Source: Nitrospirota bacterium (lineage in GTDB: Bacteria > Nitrospirota > UBA9217). Taken from it: DNA of 52,866 bases. The position numbers and the translations under genes are program-made. Within the stretch, counting starts at the first letter, position 1. The number at the start of each line of letters is the position of its first letter. The stretch covers positions 1-52,866 of the forward strand of contig CAVUHW010000011.1 in the NCBI GenBank assembly GCA_963741205.1. The letters run 5' to 3'. The notes under the pieces are model-generated. The model saw nothing but the letters and a program-made list of their open reading frames with translations. It was not told the DNA's origin and did not search any database. Of this stretch, positions 48,792 through 52,866 are shown piece after piece.

Positions 48792-49339
48792 TGCAATATC
48801 TTCATCTTTTGTGTATATTCTTCTGAATTTATGATTTCGGTCTGGTTTTTTTAACCACTGCAACCACTGGGTCGAACCCACTTCTTTGTTCACGCAATCA
48901 ATTTATAATACCAAATTCTAGTGAAATTGGGTAATACTATTCCCTTTTGGGCAATTGAGAGAGACGCGCAATAATTAATATCATCATGCAGGTTAGCAGG
49001 AAACGTCAATTCCAGAAAGCGTGAGATTGATCGCTGGGAAATTAACAAATTCGACGCGAAGTGTTGATTTTGGGAGGAATTGGAATTTAACAAGTTCAGG
49101 ATGCTAATCGCGCTGAATGTTATGAGTGGAAAGTGTCAACGGAGAATCCCCTTTCCTTTACTACTGGGTTGCTCACCTCTTCTAGTCCGCGTGAGGATAT
49201 CGACTGCCGCTTTGAGCTGCACGTCAACCGGACTCTCCATTTGGGTTAAATCAGGAAACAAGTCCTCCGTTCAAACATGATACAATGGAAATACAATACG
49301 CAGCTGATCAACACAAGCTGACATCAAAGGAGGTGCGTC

Positions 49340-49777
49340 ATGGCAATACGTACTGCAGAAGCGCGATGGGAAGGAAATTTGAAAAAAGGCAAAGGCACCA
49401 TAAAACTCGGGAGTGGCGTTTTCGTAGGAAACTATTCTTTTGGATCACGGTTCGAAAAAGCGGCGGGCACTAATCCCGAGGAGCTGATCGGCGCTGCGCA
49501 TGCGGGGTGCTTCAGCATGGCGCTTTCTATGATCCTGGAACTGGCAGGGTTCACGGCAGACAGTATCCAGACCACGGCACGGGTTTCCATCGACAAGGTG
49601 GGCGACGGGTTTAAAATTACCACTATCGAACTGGAGACTGAAGGTAGAGTTCCCGGCATCGATGAAAAAACGTTCAGTGAAAAAGCTGAAGCCGCCAAGA
49701 AAGGTTGCCCTGTGTCCATGGCACTTACGGGTGTTGACATCACCCTGAAATCCAGGCTAGCGAAAATGGCGATGTGA
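49340..49777 (+). CDS. osmC: OsmC family peroxiredoxin
   Basis: WEGNLKKGKG, GTNPEELIGAAHAGCFSMALS, CPVS; AAGGAGG RBS. Confidence 0.92.
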   Translation: MAIRTAEARWEGNLKKGKGTIKLGSGVFVGNYSFGSRFEKAAGTNPEELIGAAHAGCFSMALSMILELAGFTADSIQTTARVSIDKVGDGFKITTIELETEGRVPGIDEKTFSEKAEAAKKGCPVSMALTGVDITLKSRLAKMAM

Positions 49778-49886
49778 AGTGCGATATTCAGTCACGCATC
49801 ACAAGAAGTGAGGCTCATATTGTTCTACCCAGTTCGGCATATGAATAAAATATAAGGAAGTAAATAGGGCGTGGGGACTTCCGAGG

Positions 49887-50093
49887 TTGAGAAACTTGCT
49901 TCCGAATGCAGCAGATCAACGTCCTTTTCATGGACTGCTATTCATTGCCATTATCGCTTCACTCCTAGCAATGTGGGCTCTCATAGGGTATATAGAAGTG
50001 ATACTCCCCCGACGGGAGTCGGGGGCTTCTTTAATGTTACAAACGATAGAGCTGTTTTGCGCCTACGGGCGGCCACTCCATCGCCAGACATGA
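49887..50093 (+). CDS. Possible small single-TM protein
   Basis: Hydrophobic stretch LLFIAIIASLLAMWALIGYI; weak start context. Confidence 0.3.
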   Translation: MRNLLPNAADQRPFHGLLFIAIIASLLAMWALIGYIEVILPRRESGASLMLQTIELFCAYGRPLHRQT

Positions 50094-50616
50094 GTCTGGT
50101 GTTTTATGTGGCTCAATAACGCCTCTAAAGTCTAGGGCCATGGTAGCATCCGCGGGACGTTGATGCTTACGTTGCACGGCCGCGATCAATAATAGCTTCA
50201 AAGACACTGTTTATCTCACCCGGCGCATGCCCTTCGCATACCCGCTCGCCATATAATCTGTGGTGTGCATGATCGCGAAAACGGCCTTTCCGGTTCAGGA
50301 CAATTCCGTCCCGGGATGTCATGTCGATACCAAAATGAGTAATTTAATTTGGGTGGCACTTTTCCGTTTATGATAGCGGTTCAACGACGCGCAATAATCA
50401 GAAGTTTGAGTGAAGTGTTGATTTTGAGAGGATTTGGAATTCCACACGTTCAGGATGGATGGTACGCTGAAGGTTGCAATTGGTATTTGTCATCATTCAG
50501 CCTACAAGGTCGCGTAATGGCGTGCGCAAGACCAAGATACTCGATCTAGATATAATTCTTGTATATTACAGCTATTTATAGTAACGTCTTCAATATTTTA
50601 TTTAGTAGGAGAGAAG

Positions 50617-51378
50617 TTGAATTATCCAGATTTTATCTTGATAGGATTTGCAGCGACATGCGGCGGGTTCGTGAATGCGATTGCAGGCGGCGGAACGCTC
50701 ATCACTTTTCCCATGCTGACTGCGTTGGGCGTACCACCGGTGATCGCGAACGTGACGAACACGGTTGCGCTCTGTCCGGGTTACATAGGGGGAACGTTTG
50801 CCCAGAGGACTGACCTTCGCGGACAAGGGAAACGCATGTGGATGCTACTTCCAACGGGTATCCTCGGCGGCATCACCGGAGGGGTCTTACTCCTTTCCAC
50901 GAGCGATACGACGTTTCGGGTACTCATTCCATATCTCATCCTGACGGCAGTCATCCTGCTTGCCTTTCAAGACCGACTGCGAACCGCTGTTATGGCGCGC
51001 ATGAGTGGAAGCGGCCGCACCCATCCGCACGAAGCCTGGGCCATTCCGTTGATCTTTTTTTCTGCGATCTACGGAGGATATTTTGGAGCCGGGCTCGGAG
51101 TGATGATGTTGGCAGTTCTGGGGCTCGTGCTCGATGATTCGCTCACGCGACTGAACGCCCTAAAGCAATCGCTCTCATTCGTTATCAATCTAGCAGCAGC
51201 CTTTTTCTTCCTCTTCTCCGGCAGGGTTTTGTGGTCTGCTGCCGCGGTCATGACCGTAGGCTCACTCGCGGGCGGAATACTCGGGGGTAGAGCGGCGAGC
51301 AGGATCAAGCCGACTGTCCTACGCTGGATAGTCATCACGATAGGATTGATCGTTGCGATTGTCTATTTTGTACGGTAG
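50617..51378 (+). CDS. Sulfite exporter TauE/SafE family membrane protein
   Basis: [34 protein letters not shown]; multiple TM segments. Confidence 0.9.
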   Translation: MNYPDFILIGFAATCGGFVNAIAGGGTLITFPMLTALGVPPVIANVTNTVALCPGYIGGTFAQRTDLRGQGKRMWMLLPTGILGGITGGVLLLSTSDTTFRVLIPYLILTAVILLAFQDRLRTAVMARMSGSGRTHPHEAWAIPLIFFSAIYGGYFGAGLGVMMLAVLGLVLDDSLTRLNALKQSLSFVINLAAAFFFLFSGRVLWSAAAVMTVGSLAGGILGGRAASRIKPTVLRWIVITIGLIVAIVYFVR

Positions 51379-51512
51379 GAAACTTACAATTTCGATAATC
51401 TAAACGGCTGTGACCTTCAGGATGAATAAAGTGCAAATTTCTGAATCGAGGTCGGAGGGAATATATATCAAGCCGCATTCATCAGAGAGGGCGTCACCTT
51501 AGAACACATAAT

Positions 51513-51550
51513 AAAAAAACCCGCCTGAGAGATTATCCCCGGCGGGTTTT
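51513..51550. terminator. Bidirectional intrinsic terminator
   Basis: AAAACCCGCC ... GGCGGGTTTT between convergent genes. Confidence 0.75.
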
Positions 51551-51720
51551 CATATTGCATCTTTGTTTAATTCTAGAGCAACGGCCATTAATGATACAAA
51601 TGCGGTTGCACCGGTAATCGGTACTTAGTTACTTATTTTCACAGCGCCCGTTCGGGCCACAGCAATGTGCTCATAGTCTCGGTCGGGAAAGCCCAGCCGA
51701 GATCCCCTGCTTGTGCTGAT

Positions 51721-52577
51721 TTATTTTCCCGTTGTCGTGGTAGTAGGCTGGCTGATTTCACCGCCACCACCGCCACCGCCACCGCCAGTCGTGGTTCCAC
51801 CGCCAGTGCCGTTGTGCGTCTCGACCTCAGTTTCCGCAGAGTGGATTTCGGTCTCAGTACTTGTCGATAGGCCGCCGTGAGTTTCAATCTCGGTTTCCAA
51901 CTCACCCATGACCCTCGTCAGCGCATCGCCCGTCGTTTCGCCAGCTACGGAATCCCTTCTGTTTTTCTACAATCGTGAGAAATAGCGGCGCATGCCGTCG
52001 AGTGCTTTTTCTCCGTAACGGAGCCGTCCGACTTGGGCAGCGTTGAGGTTATGTCGTCGCCAATCTGGAAGGTGTCGGAAATCGACTTGTTTGAATCATC
52101 TATCGCCGTGGATGTCAACCCGGAACTCAACCCGGCAGCTGTTGTCTCTGCTTTCTTACTTGCAAGCTCAGTCAGCGGCGTCACTGCTACGACTTTCGTA
52201 GCCCCCGCCGATACGTTCGTTACCATAGCCCTAAGTTCGGTCTTAAGCCCAACGCCGGGAACGCCGGTCGCTTCATCGGTGAAAGTCCCTCCGGTCACCA
52301 GCACTTCCACCGCGCCGGTACCGTTGAATGCAGACGACAATGTAACATTGAAATTCCCGCTAGCATCAGTCGTTCCCGTACCGATCGCCGCGGACGTGTC
52401 AACGACCCCGTTTTTTATGGCAAATACTTTCACGTCAGCGTTCTTGAGCGGCCCCTTTGATGCCATACCTGAGAGCTGAGCCTGTGGTGAAGAGCTGTCA
52501 CTGCTCCCCGAACTGCAAGCTGCGAGCGTAATCACAGCCAGACCTAATACCAGTCCGATCAATCCTTTAATTTTCAT
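51721..52577 (-). CDS. Surface lipoprotein with a beta-rich domain and an E/T/H- and Gly/Thr-rich tail; frameshift near 51970
   Basis: Lipobox LAAC, Ser linker, KGPLKNADV, TDASGNF, VTPLTELA; second frame ends GGGGEISQPTTTTTGK; AAGGAGG RBS. Confidence 0.75.
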
Positions 52578-52605
52578 AGTTCCCTCCTTGGATAGATAAT
52601 ATAGA

Positions 52606-52620
52606 GCAAAGCACGTGCCA
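52606..52620 (-). promoter_or_regulatory. Sigma54 -24/-12 promoter
   Basis: Minus strand TGGCAC-GTGCT-TTGC, a perfect consensus 29 nt upstream of the ATG. Confidence 0.8.
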
Positions 52621-52813
52621 GACCATGCTCAAGCTTCATGCATGTGCAATTAACGTTATTAAACAGAATGTTATTAACGATTCAATATTGTGGAGGGCAA
52701 GTGATCTGTGTATTCTGGGCGGTCCAATTTGAACAGCCCCGGGCAATTTGCTCGTTTTAAAACCAGAACCTGCAAGAGGACTTTCAAAACCGTAAGAAGT
52801 AGGTGATAAGTGC

Positions 52814-52855
52814 CACGACATCGTGGACAGAAATAAAGGTCACGACATCGTGGAC
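52814..52855. promoter_or_regulatory. Tandem near-palindromic sites, candidate enhancer-binding-protein UAS
   Basis: CACGACATCGTGGAC at 52814-52828 and 52841-52855, ~200 bp upstream of the sigma54 promoter. Confidence 0.55.
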
Positions 52856-52866
52856 TCGCAACTTTG

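Noticed and set aside
48860-48885. GGGTTCGACCC on the minus strand as a tRNA remnant
   Set aside because: No 5-bp T stem or acceptor stem can be formed.
46020-51420. Accessory genes as integron cassettes
   Set aside because: Mixed orientations, long spacers, no convincing attC pairs and no integrase.
6540-52577. Frameshifts in lpxL-like, uxs-like, rfaE1, DUF3108, pilR, pilS, pilB, DsbA-like and lipoprotein genes as pseudogenes or programmed frameshifts
   Set aside because: Scattered small indels in otherwise intact, often important genes, with no shared slippery motif; typical of long-read consensus error.
52814-52855. 15-bp direct repeats as a CRISPR start
   Set aside because: Only two units with a 12-nt spacer; better explained as protein-binding sites.

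Overview
About 51 kb of core chromosome from a GC-rich Gram-negative bacterium. The gene order aroE-pilB-pilT-pilC-pilS-pilR and a DsrC-family gene suggest a Nitrospirota/Desulfobacterota-type organism (inference). It is joined at ~1.39 kb to a much more GC-rich, heavily frameshifted form-II CoxL-like fragment that is probably a chimeric contig end. A clear XerCD dif site lies at 1798-1825, and most genes point towards it, so this is probably the replication terminus; an unexplained 20-bp motif array sits next to dif. Contents: a long LPS/Kdo/dTDP-rhamnose/phospholipid cluster (galE, plsY, pgsA, lpxL-like, kdsCDA, pyrG, kdsB, uxs-like, ugd, rfbBDCA, rfaE1, GT9), tRNA-Leu(TAA), clpS, fba, several metal/sulfur-related genes, accA, phoH-(internally deleted HD gene)-ybeY-dgkA, a type IV pilus operon lacking pilA, and an accessory tail (SDR, DsbA-like, AT-rich trmB, osmC, TauE, sigma54-driven lipoprotein). 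The most striking non-genic feature is a dense set of at least four intergenic palindromic repeat families. One is a REPIN-like family (15 arms in 7 loci) with compensatory base changes; others are nested inside each other, and two repeats have entered coding sequence. Many single-base frameshifts look like long-read consensus errors. All coordinates and motif counts were read by eye.
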